Both the position numbers and the translations under genes were made by a program. Below are positions 17,838 to 26,955 of a stretch of 64,000 bases of DNA, piece after piece. Each line of letters starts with the position of its first letter. Position 1 is the first letter of the stretch. Under the pieces are notes generated by a model. It was given only the letters and a program-made list of their open reading frames with translations. It was not told the DNA's origin and searched no databases. Origin of the DNA: an uncultured Actinomycetes bacterium (GTDB lineage Bacteria; Actinomycetota; Thermoleophilia; Solirubrobacterales; 70-9). The stretch covers positions 760,541 to 824,540 of the forward strand of contig CAVUUQ010000002.1 in assembly GCA_963744725.1 (NCBI GenBank), given 5' to 3'.

Positions 17838-18081
17838 CGAGCGGCTTCGTGCGCTCGTCCAACGCGGCCAAGAAATCGTCGTCGTTCTCGAACCGAGTCA
17901 CTCGACCGGCAACAAGATCCTCGTCAGCCTCGCGCTCACGCTGCTGCCATTCCTGAGTCCAGAACCATGCTTGCTCGGGGTCGATCCTGCCATCGGTGAT
18001 CTCCTCAAGCAGAATCACGGCACCATCAACTGCTCCGTCGGGGAGCCGGTCGACAAGGTTATGGAGGTCAGCCTTCGTCAC
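17824..18081 (-). CDS. Putative antitoxin (copy B, apparently intact, GTG start)
   Basis: 85 aa: VTKADLHNLVDRLPDGAVDGAVILLEEITDGRIDPEQAWFWTQEWQQREREADEDLVAGRVTRFENDDDFLAALDERTKPLDADA*. The stop overlaps the toxin start by 14 nt, as is usual for type II TA operons. Confidence 0.5.
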   Translation of the reverse strand: MTKADLHNLVDRLPDGAVDGAVILLEEITDGRIDPEQAWFWTQEWQQREREADEDLVAGRVTRFENDDDFLAALDERTKPLDADA

Positions 18082-18143
18082 ATCCGGATTCTGACAGCCG
18101 CGAACGGTGTTCACCAGCCGGCATCGGAAAGGTGCGCCGTGAT

Positions 18144-18166
18144 TTCCGAATCCCACCCCCTCCGCT
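18144..18166 (+). repeat. Direct repeat copy 3: extreme 3' end of tRNA-Ser (att remnant)
   Basis: TTCCGAATCCCACCCCCTCCGCT versus the tRNA GTTCGAATCCCACCCCCTCCGCT. 20 consecutive identical nucleotides (18147-18166). Confidence 0.7.
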
Positions 18167-18327
18167 CGGCCGCCGGCTGCGCGGACCCGCGGCCGGCGGC
18201 TCCGGTCCGCTGGAGCGAGCTGTTCGACTCGCGCAGGATCGGGCCCTGGGTGGAGTCCGCCGGCGCCCTGAGTTGGGGGGTTGCTGCCGGGCGCAGGAAA
18301 GCGGCCCGCGGAGCCGAACCCGGCGAC

Positions 18328-19083
18328 ATGGACGACGCCTCGAAACGCGGCCGGCGGGAGCGGCGGCTGCTGGTCGAGGCCGAACACGTCCGCGACGCCT
18401 TCGGCCTGGTGCTGGCGCTGGTCCTGCTCACCTATGTATTGACCTCGCTGCTCGGGGACCGCGGCTGGGAGTCGGTGGTGATCTCGCTGGCGACCAGCGC
18501 GACCTCGGTTGTCGCCCTGACCAGCGCCCACGTCGAGCCGCGGCGGGTGCGGACCGCCGTCTGGGTCTCGGGCATCACGGTGCTGATGGCGGCGATCGGG
18601 GCGGTCACCCATACGCACCTCTGGCTCGCCATCTCCTCGGCCGTGCAGGTGCTGCTGCTGGCGGTGGCGATGGCGGCGGTGCTGCGGCGGGTGATCGCCA
18701 ACGCCGGCGCCGACTCGCGGACGATCCTCGGTGCGATCAGCGTCTACACCGTGCTCGGCCTGTTCTTCACCTTCATCTACGTCTTCGTCGGGCGGGTCCA
18801 GGACTCGCCATTCTTCGAAGGTCACCCGCACGCCAGCGGCAGCGACTTCATCTTCTTCAGCTACACGACGCTGACCACGACGGGATACGGGGACCTGGTC
18901 CCGGGCGGGCAACCGGGCCGGATGCTCGCCGGCCTGGAGATGATGGTCGGCCAGGTCTTCCTGGTGACGCTGGTCGCCGGTCTGGTCGCCCTCTGGCGGC
19001 CAGGCGAACGGTTCCGGCGGCGGCGGGAGGGCAACGGCGCAGCGGCTGGCGAGGGCGCGGTGCCCCCGGACGCGACTCCTTAG
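18328..19083 (+). CDS. Potassium channel family protein (2-TM pore type)
   Basis: 251 aa from the ATG at 18328. Selectivity filter TLTTTGYGD, flanking TM helices and further N-terminal TM segments are present. The longer 447-aa ORF from 17740 overlaps the TA module and is rejected. Confidence 0.8.
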   Translation: MDDASKRGRRERRLLVEAEHVRDAFGLVLALVLLTYVLTSLLGDRGWESVVISLATSATSVVALTSAHVEPRRVRTAVWVSGITVLMAAIGAVTHTHLWLAISSAVQVLLLAVAMAAVLRRVIANAGADSRTILGAISVYTVLGLFFTFIYVFVGRVQDSPFFEGHPHASGSDFIFFSYTTLTTTGYGDLVPGGQPGRMLAGLEMMVGQVFLVTLVAGLVALWRPGERFRRRREGNGAAAGEGAVPPDATP

Positions 19084-19538
19084 GAGTCGAGCTCGACGCG
19101 CTCGATCGTCTGCGGGTCGACCGGCTTGTCGCGGCCGTCGGTCTTCGACGACTCGATCGCGTCGACCGCGTCCATCCCGTCGACGACCTCGCCGAACACG
19201 GTGTGCTTGCCGTCGAGCCAGGGAGCCGCCGCGATGGTGACGATGAAGAACTGCGAGCCGTTGGTGTTGGGGCCGGCGTTGGCCATCGCCAGCGCCCCCC
19301 GCACGACCTTGTGGTCGTTGATCTCGTCCTCGAAGGTGTAGCCGGGCCCGCCGGTGCCGGTGCCCTCCGGGCAGCCGCCCTGGACCATGAAGTCGGGGAT
19401 GACCCGGTGGAAGACGAGGTCGTCGTAGAAGCCCTCGCCGGCCAGCTTGCGGAAGTTCTCGACCGTCTTCGGCGCGTCCTCGTCGAACAGCTCGACGACG
19501 ACCGGGCCGGCGTTGGTGTGGAAGGTGGCTCGCGACAT
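19080..19538 (-). CDS. Peptidyl-prolyl cis-trans isomerase, cyclophilin type
   Basis: 152 aa: [57 protein letters not shown]...[15 protein letters not shown]...[12 protein letters not shown]. These are canonical cyclophilin blocks. Confidence 0.95.
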   Translation of the reverse strand: MSRATFHTNAGPVVVELFDEDAPKTVENFRKLAGEGFYDDLVFHRVIPDFMVQGGCPEGTGTGGPGYTFEDEINDHKVVRGALAMANAGPNTNGSQFFIVTIAAAPWLDGKHTVFGEVVDGMDAVDAIESSKTDGRDKPVDPQTIERVELDS

Positions 19539-19588
19539 CGCGGCGAACCCTACACGCCCACGCTCGCCAGGCGCCGCGGACCGGCGGG

Positions 19589-21076
19589 TCAGCTCCGCAC
19601 CTCGACGGTGAGCGGCCGCGAGGAGCCGGGCGCATAGGGCCAGGCGGCTTCGGCCGGCGCCGTCGCCCGCAGCAGGATGCGGGCGACGCCGCTGACGTAG
19701 CGGAAGCGGTAGCTGGCGCGAAAGCGCCCGGCGCGGTCGGTGCGGGTGACGAGCACCGGCCGCCAGCGGTGCGTCTCGCGCTCGCGATAGGAGATCGTCA
19801 CCAGCTTGCCGGGCCGCGGGACGCGGGCGCCGCGGTGACCGACCCGGCCGCTCAGCCGCAGCACCTCCCCGGTTCGCAGCTGCGTCCGCGCCGCCCGCAG
19901 CGAGACCGCGCCGTGGACCCGCAGGGTGAGCCGGCGCCGCGCCGCGCCGAGGCCGCCGGCGAAGACGACCGCGACCTGCCGCGACGGGCCCGCCGCGAGC
20001 GGCAGCCGGAAACCACCCTGCGGCCCGCTGGTGACGGTCGCCGCGGTGCGGCCGCCGCGAGCGCCGCGGGCCGGGCGGGAGACGATCCGCAGGCGCTGGC
20101 CGGCAAGCCCGTCGCGGCCGGCGAGCAGCCGCCCGACGAGCAGGACCCGCTCGCCGGCGTCGACGGTCAGCGCCGAGCCGGCCCGACCGCGGACGCGCAG
20201 CTTGGCACTGATCCGGGTCGACCCCTGGCCGTCCGCGCCGCCGTCGCCGGTGCCGCCTCGACCGCCGTCCGCCCCGCCCCGCCCGCCGGCCCCGCCGCGA
20301 CCACCGGCGCCGCCTTTGCCGCCGTGACCCTCCGGGGACCCGGCGCCGGCCGGCGCTGCCGGCGCCTGCACCGCCATCGGCGCCCCGTCGACGCGCTCGG
20401 TCGTTTCGGCGACGTTGCCGGCGACGTCGCGCGCTTCGGCGCGGAAGAGGTAGGACGCACCCGGCTCGAGCGCCGGCATCGCCGCCGTCACCTCTGTGCC
20501 GAGCGCCCCTCCCACCAGCCGGCTCTCGAGGTCGCTCCAGCGCGCTTCGTCGGCGCGCCGGTAGGAGATCGTCCCGTCGATGACCCCGGACTGCCGGTCG
20601 GCGGCCAGGGCGACGACCTGGGGCGGCGGCGAGCCACCGGCTCCGCCGGGGAGGAAGGAGACAGTCGGCGCGACGTCGTCGAGCCGCAGTAGCGCTTCGG
20701 CTCCGTACGCCGGCGATTCGAAGCCGCCTGCGTCGCGCAGCCAGACCAGCAACCGGAACTGCCCCGCCGCCGGCAGGCGCAAATCGCGCAGTTCGCTCAG
20801 CCCCCAGCCGAGGGCGAGCTGAAGGCCGGAGTCGTAGCCGGGGGCAGTAAGGCGCCAACCGGCGCCGACCACCTGGCCGCCCACCGGGTTCGTCCAGAAG
20901 ACGTCGAAATCGTTGCCCTGGTGCCAGCCGTCGCCGCCTTCTACGGCGAGCCCGAGCGGCGTGAAGACCGTCGGATCTTCGCCACGCGCCTCCCCGGCCA
21001 GCGCCAGCAGCAACCCCAGCGCCAGCGCGATCGCCATCGCCGCCAGCCGGCCCGCCCCGCCGCGCGTCCCCACCAT
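19589..21076 (-). CDS. Secreted protein with an Ig-like/AGN-motif region, a Gly/Arg-rich tract and a C-terminal beta-rich region
   Basis: 495 aa from [32 protein letters not shown] (signal peptide). Contains ...[16 protein letters not shown]... and the low-complexity tract [36 protein letters not shown]. Family unknown. Confidence 0.6.
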   Translation of the reverse strand: MVGTRGGAGRLAAMAIALALGLLLALAGEARGEDPTVFTPLGLAVEGGDGWHQGNDFDVFWTNPVGGQVVGAGWRLTAPGYDSGLQLALGWGLSELRDLRLPAAGQFRLLVWLRDAGGFESPAYGAEALLRLDDVAPTVSFLPGGAGGSPPPQVVALAADRQSGVIDGTISYRRADEARWSDLESRLVGGALGTEVTAAMPALEPGASYLFRAEARDVAGNVAETTERVDGAPMAVQAPAAPAGAGSPEGHGGKGGAGGRGGAGGRGGADGGRGGTGDGGADGQGSTRISAKLRVRGRAGSALTVDAGERVLLVGRLLAGRDGLAGQRLRIVSRPARGARGGRTAATVTSGPQGGFRLPLAAGPSRQVAVVFAGGLGAARRRLTLRVHGAVSLRAARTQLRTGEVLRLSGRVGHRGARVPRPGKLVTISYRERETHRWRPVLVTRTDRAGRFRASYRFRYVSGVARILLRATAPAEAAWPYAPGSSRPLTVEVRS

Positions 21077-21197
21077 CTCCACCGTCTTCCTCTCGCCGTT
21101 CGCCATCGCCCCCGCCCAAGGGCTCAGCGGTCCCTCTCTCTCCCCCCTCGCCACGCCCGCCGACCTGCCGCGCACCGCGCTTTGCGAGAATGACCGC

Positions 21198-22346
21198 ATG
21201 CCTCTTCCCACCCAAGAGCAGATCACCGAGCAGCTGCGCGCCGTCATCGACCCCGAGCTGCGGCGCTCGATCGTCGAGCTCGGCATGGTCCGCTCGATCC
21301 TCGTCCAGGAGAGCGGCCGGGTCGAGGTCGTGGTCTCGCTGACCACCTCCGGCTGCCCGATCCGCTCCCACTTCGAAAGCGCCGTCGCCCAGCAGGTCCG
21401 CGAGCTGGAGGGGGTGACCGAGGTCGTGGTCGGCTTCGACGTCCTCTCCGACGAGGAGAAAGGGACCCTCCAGCAGACGCTCGGCCGCGGCAAGCTGCCG
21501 CAGGGCGCGCTGGCCAAGGTCAAGAACGTGATCTGCGTCGCCTCCGGCAAGGGCGGCGTCGGCAAGTCGACGATGACCGCCAACCTGGCCGCGGCGCTGA
21601 CCGCCGAAGGCCACCAGGCCGGCGCCCTCGATTGCGATGTCTACGGCTACTCGATCCCGCGCATGCTCGGCGTCAACGCCAAGCCCGAAGTGAACGCCGA
21701 GCGCAAGATCCTGCCGCTCGACGCGCCCAGCGGGGTCAAGGTGATGTCGATCGGCTTCTTCGTCGAGGACAACGCCGCCGTCGTCTGGCGCGGCCCGATG
21801 CTCCACAAAGCGATCCAGCAGTTCCTCGAGGACGTCGCCTGGGACGAGCTCGAGTACCTGCTGCTCGACCTGCCGCCGGGGACCGGCGACGTCTCGATGA
21901 CGCTGGCCCAGCTGCTGCCGCAGGCGAAGTTCGTGATCGTCACGACGCCGCAGCCGGCGGCCCAGTCGGTGGCCCGGCGCGGCGCCGAGATGGCGGCCAA
22001 ATTCGACCTCGAGATCCTCGGCGTGATCGAGAACATGAGCGGCTTCACCACCCCCGACGGGGAGCGCTTCACGATCTTCGGCGAGGGCGGCGGGCAGCTG
22101 CTCGCCGACGAGCTCGACGTGCCGCTGCTCGGCAAGGTGCCGCTCTCGGAGCCGCTCCGCGAGCACGCCGACAACGGCTCGCCGCTGGCGATCGACGAGC
22201 CCGACGCGCCCGCCTCGCAGGCGATCCGCCAGGCGGCGCGCGGGATCATCGCCGCGACCCCGCAGGAGCTGCCCGTCCTGCAGGCGGTCCCGGGCGGCGC
22301 CGAACCGGCGCCGGTCAGCGGCACGCCGCTGCCGATGGCCCAGTAG
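21198..22346 (+). CDS. mrp: Fe-S cluster carrier ATPase Mrp/ApbC (DUF59 N-terminal domain plus ParA-type P-loop)
   Basis: 382 aa from the ATG at 21198. Contains [23 protein letters not shown] (DUF59), the deviant Walker [11 protein letters not shown], and the [13 protein letters not shown] and LDLPPGTGD blocks. Confidence 0.9.
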   Translation: MPLPTQEQITEQLRAVIDPELRRSIVELGMVRSILVQESGRVEVVVSLTTSGCPIRSHFESAVAQQVRELEGVTEVVVGFDVLSDEEKGTLQQTLGRGKLPQGALAKVKNVICVASGKGGVGKSTMTANLAAALTAEGHQAGALDCDVYGYSIPRMLGVNAKPEVNAERKILPLDAPSGVKVMSIGFFVEDNAAVVWRGPMLHKAIQQFLEDVAWDELEYLLLDLPPGTGDVSMTLAQLLPQAKFVIVTTPQPAAQSVARRGAEMAAKFDLEILGVIENMSGFTTPDGERFTIFGEGGGQLLADELDVPLLGKVPLSEPLREHADNGSPLAIDEPDAPASQAIRQAARGIIAATPQELPVLQAVPGGAEPAPVSGTPLPMAQ

Positions 22347-22355
22347 CGCCGCTTG

Positions 22356-22390
22356 GGCGCTTTCCTCTCGCCATGCGAGAGAAAGGCGCC
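22356..22390 (+). terminator. Imperfect hairpin downstream of mrp
   Basis: GGCGCTTTCCTCTCGC-cat-GCGAGAGAAAGGCGCC, a 16-bp stem with 2 mismatches and no clear U-tract. Confidence 0.4.
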
Positions 22391-22454
22391 CCGAAACCTA
22401 AATTCCCGGTCCGGCGGCGCAACTTTCCGCCCGGTCCTACGTTAAGGTCTCCAC

Positions 22455-22590
22455 ACATTTGCCTAATCCCCGGCTAAGAGAGCTGGGGAACGGGGGACCC
22501 AGGTTTTCGGGGCGAGCCCACTTCGAGTGGGGGCGCAGGCTCCTTCAGCGCCAGCCCGTCAGCTAACCCCGTCGGCTGACGAAGGAGGGT
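22455..22590 (+). promoter_or_regulatory. c-di-AMP riboswitch (ydaO/yuaA class) in the 5' leader of the NlpC/P60 gene
   Basis: Contains the hallmark blocks GCCUAAUC..., GGGGGACCCA, GGGGCGAGCC and CCCGUCAGCUAACCCCGUCGGC. Compare B. subtilis ydaO as I recall it: CGCUUAAUC...GGGGGACCCA...GGGGUGAAUC...CCCGUCAGCUAACCUCGUAAGC. It ends at the SD GAAGGAGGG, immediately before the ATG at 22596. Confidence 0.7.
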
Positions 22591-22595
22591 TTTAG

Positions 22596-23222
22596 ATGCC
22601 GAAGGCCCCTGCGGCGGCCGCCCGAATAGCCGTCCTCAGCACGTTCATCGCGCTCGCGGCGTTGTTCATCGCGATCGCGCTCCCATCGCTCGCCCAGGCC
22701 GCCGACCGCGGCGGGCTGACCGCGTACGAATACGAAGAACCGGCGGAACCGGTCCCGACCGAACCGACCGAAACCGAAGAAGCGGTGCCGCCGACCAGCG
22801 GCGAAGTCGGCCGCGCAACGCTGCTGGGCGGCCGCGCGATCGCGCCGGCCAACGCCCCGACCGCGGTCAAACAGGTGATCGCCGCGGCCAACAAGATCCG
22901 CACCAAGCCCTACATCTGGGGCGGCGGCCACGGCCGCTGGTGGGACAGCGGCTACGACTGCTCAGGCGCCGTCAGCTTCGCTCTGCACGGCGGCCGGCTG
23001 ATGAGCAGCCCGCTGCCGTCCGGTCCGATGATGGGCTGGGGCGCGGCCGGGCGCGGCCGCTGGATCACGATCTACGCCAACGCCGCCCACGCATACATGG
23101 TGGTCGCCGGGCTGCGGTTCGACACCGCCGGCGACGAAGACGAAAGCGGCCCGCGCTGGCACGAAGGCCTCGCCGCGGCCGCCGGCGGGACCTTCGTCGC
23201 CCGCCATCCGGTCGGCTACTGA
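22596..23222 (+). CDS. Secreted NlpC/P60-like cell-wall hydrolase
   Basis: 208 aa. Signal/anchor IAVLSTFIALAALFIAIALPSLAQA. Contains PYIWGGGHGRWWDSGYDCSGAVSFAL, which is the NlpC/P60 catalytic-Cys motif context. Confidence 0.75.
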   Translation: MPKAPAAAARIAVLSTFIALAALFIAIALPSLAQAADRGGLTAYEYEEPAEPVPTEPTETEEAVPPTSGEVGRATLLGGRAIAPANAPTAVKQVIAAANKIRTKPYIWGGGHGRWWDSGYDCSGAVSFALHGGRLMSSPLPSGPMMGWGAAGRGRWITIYANAAHAYMVVAGLRFDTAGDEDESGPRWHEGLAAAAGGTFVARHPVGY

Positions 23223-23273
23223 CGGCCTCTTGCGGCCAACCCGTGCGGCCGGGGGGCCTGCACGGGCGCAAGA

Positions 23274-23311
23274 ACGAGAAAGGGCCGCCATCCGGCGGCC
23301 CTTTCTCGTTC
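23274..23311. terminator. Bidirectional rho-independent-type hairpin between convergent genes
   Basis: AACGAGAAAGGGCCGCC-atcc-GGCGGCCCTTTCTCGTT, a perfect 17-bp stem. Confidence 0.75.
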
Positions 23312-23326
23312 TCCTGAGCGCGGCCC

Positions 23327-23593
23327 CTACGCTTTGCTCTTGTAGTAGTTCGCGTTGATCTCGGCGTATTTCGCCCACTCGGACGGCAACTGGTCCTCGG
23401 CGAAGCAGGCGTCGACCGGGCAGGCCTCGACGCAGGCATCGCAGTCGATGCACTCGTCGGGATCGATGTAGAGCATCTCGACCGAGTCGTAGTCGGGCTC
23501 GTCAGGCGTGGGATGGATGCAGTCGACCGGGCAAACCTCGACGCACGAGTTGTCCTTTTGCCCGATGCACGGCTCGGCGATGACATAGGTCAT
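23327..23593 (-). CDS. fdxA: Ferredoxin, 7Fe (3Fe-4S + 4Fe-4S) FdxA type
   Basis: 88 aa: MTYVIAEPCIGQKDNSCVEVCPVDCIH...CIDCDACVEACPVDA. This is the canonical Cys pattern. Confidence 0.9.
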   Translation of the reverse strand: MTYVIAEPCIGQKDNSCVEVCPVDCIHPTPDEPDYDSVEMLYIDPDECIDCDACVEACPVDACFAEDQLPSEWAKYAEINANYYKSKA

Positions 23594-23785
23594 TCGGAGA
23601 GTCTCCTAATCAGTTTGCAGTGCCGGGACAGAGGCGAAGCCCCCGCCGATGAGCGAATGCCCATTTTAGGGATGTGCGAGGCCCGGGGCTCCCCAGGAGC
23701 CCCCGTGCAGGGGTCGGCGCGCGGCTGGTTAGGGTTGGGGCCGCATGTGCTCGGCAAGGGAAGTCCCCAGGGACGAGGCGCGGCG

Positions 23786-24673
23786 ATGCTGCTGCTGACC
23801 GGCGCTACCGGCTCGATCGGCTCGCGGCTGCTGCCGCTGCTGCTAGAGAGCGGCGAGGACGTCCGCTGCCTGGTCCGCGAGCCGCGCCGGCTCGGCGACC
23901 GCCGGGTCGACGTGCAGATCGCGCTCGGCGACCTCGGCGAGCTCTCCGATCCCTACCTGCTGCGCCAGTCGCTGCGCGGCGTCGACACCGTCGTCCACCT
24001 GGCGGCGACGATCCGCGACCAGCCGCCGAAACGGATCGAGGAGCTGAACGGCCTGGCGACGGTGCGGCTGCTGCGGGCGGCCGAGCGCGGCGGCATCGAG
24101 CGCTTCCACTTCTTCAGCGCCCTCGACGCCTTCGCCGCCCAGCGCACCCGCTTCTTCCGCGCCAAGTGGCTGGCCGAGCAGGCGGTCGACTCCTCGCCGC
24201 TGGCGAGCACCGTCTGGGCGCCCTCGATCGTCTACGACCGCAGCGACCCCTGGATCACGCTGCTGCGCCGCTTCTCCTTCCTGCCGGTGCTGCCGGTCTC
24301 CGGCGCCGGCCGGGCCGAGTTCCAGCCGATCTGGGCCGAGGACGTCGCCCGCTGCGTGGTCGCCGCGCTGGGGCTCGGCAAGGGCGCGGCGCCACGCTAC
24401 GAGATGGCCGGGCCGCAGACACTCAGCTACGACCAGATGTCGGACCTGGTCAGCCGAATCGCCGGCCGGCCTCGTCCACTCGTCCACCTGCCGCTGCCGC
24501 TGGTCCGTTCCAGTTTGATCGCAATCCGCTCCCTTTTCGGTGAGGCCGTGTTCGCTACCTGGGAGGAGGCCGAGTTGATGGAGGTCTCCATGGTCAGCAA
24601 ACGAGGCACGGCCGACGCGCAGGCACTGGGCGTGACGCCGCGAAGGATGAGCGATGTACTGGAGACGACCTAG
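23786..24673 (+). CDS. NAD(P)-binding Rossmann protein, atypical SDR / NmrA- or NDUFA9-like
   Basis: 295 aa from MLLLTGATGSIGSRLLPLL (the GxxGxxG motif). The ORF-track start at 23513 overlaps the ferredoxin gene on the other strand and is rejected. Confidence 0.75.
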   Translation: MLLLTGATGSIGSRLLPLLLESGEDVRCLVREPRRLGDRRVDVQIALGDLGELSDPYLLRQSLRGVDTVVHLAATIRDQPPKRIEELNGLATVRLLRAAERGGIERFHFFSALDAFAAQRTRFFRAKWLAEQAVDSSPLASTVWAPSIVYDRSDPWITLLRRFSFLPVLPVSGAGRAEFQPIWAEDVARCVVAALGLGKGAAPRYEMAGPQTLSYDQMSDLVSRIAGRPRPLVHLPLPLVRSSLIAIRSLFGEAVFATWEEAELMEVSMVSKRGTADAQALGVTPRRMSDVLETT

Positions 24674-25811
24674 AGGGAGTTCCGGCGGCCGCGCCCCGCG
24701 GTTGCGCCCCGCCCCTGGTGCCGCCCGGCGCCCGCGTCCCCTGCTCGCCGCCCTGGCGGCCCTCGCCGCGCTCCTCGTCGCCGCCCCCGGCGCCGGCGCG
24801 ATGTCGCTGGTGCCGCCGAAGCCCGACGTCTACATCGGCGTCTCGGACCGCGGAACGACCGAAGAATTCAACAATTTCGCCGCCCTGACCGGGAAGCACC
24901 CGGCGCTGCTCGAGACCTTCCATCCCTGGGGTAACAGCCTCAACGAGGCCTACGAACGGTGGCGCGAAACCGGCACCCGGCCGATCCTCCACATCTCGAC
25001 CGCCGACGACCAGACGCTGGCCGAGATCATCACTCCGGAGCAGATCGCGCTCGGGGCCGGCGACGACTACCTGCTGCAGCTCAACCAGTTCTTCACCGAA
25101 CGCGGGCTGCCCGCCTACATCCGGCCGCTGGGCGAGCCGAACCGCTGCCTCAACGTCTGGTCGGCGGTCGAATGCGACGGCACGCCGCGCGAAGGCGAAC
25201 ACTCGACCCTCTGGTACAAAGAGGCGTTCCGGCGGATCGTGACGATCGTCCGCGGCGGCCAGTCGCTGGAAGGGATCAACGCGACGCTCGCCGAAATCGG
25301 CCTGCCGCCGCTCAACCGGACCACCGGGCTGCCGCCGGAATCGCTGCCGCTGGCGCCGGTCAGCATCATCTGGAGCCCGCTGCCCGGCGGCTCGCCGCGG
25401 GTGAAAGGCAACTTCCCCGGCAACTACTGGCCGGGCAGCCGCTGGGTCGACTGGGTCGGGACCGACTTCTACTCCGAATATCCGGAATGGGAAGACCTGA
25501 ACCGCTTCTACGAAGCGAAACAGTGGAAGAACAAGCCGATCTCGCTCACCGAGTGGGCCGTCTCCGGCGAAGACGAACCGAAATTCGTCAAGCAGCTGAT
25601 CGCCTGGATCGCCAAGCGGCCGCGGGTGCGGATGCTCGTCTACTACCAGGGCTTCGGGGTCGGCAACAAATACGACCTCAACCTCTATCCGCACACGCTG
25701 AACCAGATCCGCAAGAAGATCCGCCGGCCGAACTTCCTCAGCGAAGCCGAATACAACGCCGGCAAGCTGCCGCCGCTGCCGCCGAAGGAAAAGAAGGCGA
25801 AAGCGAAGTAG
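24654..25811 (+). CDS. Secreted clan GH-A glycoside hydrolase, GH26-like
   Basis: 385 aa. N-terminal Arg-rich region plus the hydrophobic stretch LLAALAALAALLVAAPGAGA. The blocks YIRPLGEPN, DWVGTDFY and ISLTEWAV resemble the GH26 acid/base and nucleophile contexts. Lys-rich tail. Confidence 0.55.
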   Translation: MYWRRPRGSSGGRAPRLRPAPGAARRPRPLLAALAALAALLVAAPGAGAMSLVPPKPDVYIGVSDRGTTEEFNNFAALTGKHPALLETFHPWGNSLNEAYERWRETGTRPILHISTADDQTLAEIITPEQIALGAGDDYLLQLNQFFTERGLPAYIRPLGEPNRCLNVWSAVECDGTPREGEHSTLWYKEAFRRIVTIVRGGQSLEGINATLAEIGLPPLNRTTGLPPESLPLAPVSIIWSPLPGGSPRVKGNFPGNYWPGSRWVDWVGTDFYSEYPEWEDLNRFYEAKQWKNKPISLTEWAVSGEDEPKFVKQLIAWIAKRPRVRMLVYYQGFGVGNKYDLNLYPHTLNQIRKKIRRPNFLSEAEYNAGKLPPLPPKEKKAKAK

Positions 25812-25862
25812 CGACCGCTCCGCCTTGACTTCAACCGGGCTCGAACGCCTAGTCTGAGGCGG

Positions 25863-26822
25863 GTGCCGAGCTTCGACGCGATCGTGGTCGACCGCTTCGG
25901 CGGGCCCGAGGTTTTGAAGCCCGCCGCGGTCGAGGCCTGGCCGCCGGGGCCGGGGAAAGTCGCGATCGAGGTGGAGCTGGCGGGCATCACCTTCGTCGAG
26001 ACCCAGCTGCGCGCCGGCCGGCCGCCGAACCCGGCGCTGATGCCGCAGCTGCCGTGGATCCCCGGCAACGGCGTCGCCGGGACCGTGACCGCGGTCGGCG
26101 AGGGGGCGCCGGAGGAGCTGCTGGGGAAGTGGGTGGTGAGCACCACCGGTGGCGCCGGTGGCTACGCGGCAGAGGTCGAGGTCGACGCCGAGGCGCCGAT
26201 CCCGGTGCCGGACGGGCTGCCGCTGGAGAGCGCCGCGGCGCTGCTCGCCGACGGCCGCACCGCGACGATGCTCGCCGAGGCGGCGGCGATCGAGGCCGGC
26301 GAGCGGGTCCTGGTCGAGGCCGCGGCGGGCGGGGTCGGCTCGCTGCTGGTGCAGCTGGCGGGCGCCGCCGGCGCGACCGTGGTCGCCGCGGCGGGTAGCG
26401 AGCGCAAGCTGGAGGTCGCGCGTGAGCTCGGCGCCGCCGAGGCGATCGACTACTCGCGGCCCGGTTGGGGCGAGGGCGTCGAGCCGGTCGACGTCGTCTT
26501 CGACGGGGTCGGCGGGGAGATCGGCGCCGCCGCCTTCGCGCTGCTCCGCCCCGGTGGCCGCTACCTGCCGTTCGGCGCAGCCGGCGGCTCCTTCGGCTCG
26601 GTCGAGCCGGAGCGGGCCGAGGCTCGCGAGGTCACCGTCACCTCCCCCGGCCGGCCGTCTCCCGCCGAGCTGCGCGCCTTCTCCGAACGCGCCTTCGCCG
26701 CCGCCGGGGCCGGCACCCTGCGCCCGCTGATCGGCCAGCGCTTCCGCCTCGCCGAGGCGGCCAAGGCCCACCGCGCGATCGAAGCCCGCGAGACCGTCGG
26801 CAAGACGCTGCTGGTCCCGTAG
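25863..26822 (+). CDS. Zinc-type alcohol dehydrogenase / quinone oxidoreductase (MDR family)
   Basis: 319 aa with a GTG start. Contains GPEVLK..., NPALMPQLPWIPGNGVAGTV, the AAAGGVGSLLVQLA nucleotide-binding motif, and the C-terminal GKTLLVP. Confidence 0.85.
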   Translation: MPSFDAIVVDRFGGPEVLKPAAVEAWPPGPGKVAIEVELAGITFVETQLRAGRPPNPALMPQLPWIPGNGVAGTVTAVGEGAPEELLGKWVVSTTGGAGGYAAEVEVDAEAPIPVPDGLPLESAAALLADGRTATMLAEAAAIEAGERVLVEAAAGGVGSLLVQLAGAAGATVVAAAGSERKLEVARELGAAEAIDYSRPGWGEGVEPVDVVFDGVGGEIGAAAFALLRPGGRYLPFGAAGGSFGSVEPERAEAREVTVTSPGRPSPAELRAFSERAFAAAGAGTLRPLIGQRFRLAEAAKAHRAIEARETVGKTLLVP

Positions 26823-26850
26823 CTGGCCCGCCGCGGCTCGCCGGCCCATC

Positions 26851-26893
26851 GAGGTTGCCGTTTCGGGCGTATATCGCCTGAAAAGGCAACCTC
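26851..26893 (+). terminator. Long imperfect hairpin after the oxidoreductase gene
   Basis: GAGGTTGCCGTTTCGGGCG-tatat-CGCCTGAAAAGGCAACCTC. Confidence 0.5.
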
Positions 26894-26901
26894 AACGAAA
26901 A

Positions 26902-26927
26902 GAGGGCCCGGCTTGCGCCGGGCCCTC
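26902..26927 (-). terminator. Hairpin downstream of groEL
   Basis: GAGGGCCCGGC-ttgc-GCCGGGCCCTC, a perfect 11-bp GC-rich stem about 30 nt after the groEL stop. Confidence 0.65.
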
Positions 26928-26955
26928 GGAAAACGGCCGTCCCTGGGGGACGTCC

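Larger units (their letters stand above)
17404..18118. repeat. Segmental duplication copy B (delta-60 gene tail plus TA module)
   Basis: Matches 1737-2453. Confidence 0.85.

Noticed and set aside
17740-18327. N-terminal 196-aa extension of the K+ channel ORF
   Set aside because: It overlaps the TA module and the att remnant on the opposite strand and has junk composition. A clean ATG at 18328 precedes the first TM segment.
19080-22166. 1028-aa ORF on the minus strand
   Set aside because: Only the last 152 codons (the cyclophilin, 19080-19538) are real. The upstream part is Arg/Ala/Pro-rich junk that overlaps the Mrp gene and the secreted-protein gene in other frames.
24594-26849. 751-aa minus-strand ORF
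   Set aside because: Antisense to the GH26-like and quinone oxidoreductase genes, with no motifs.
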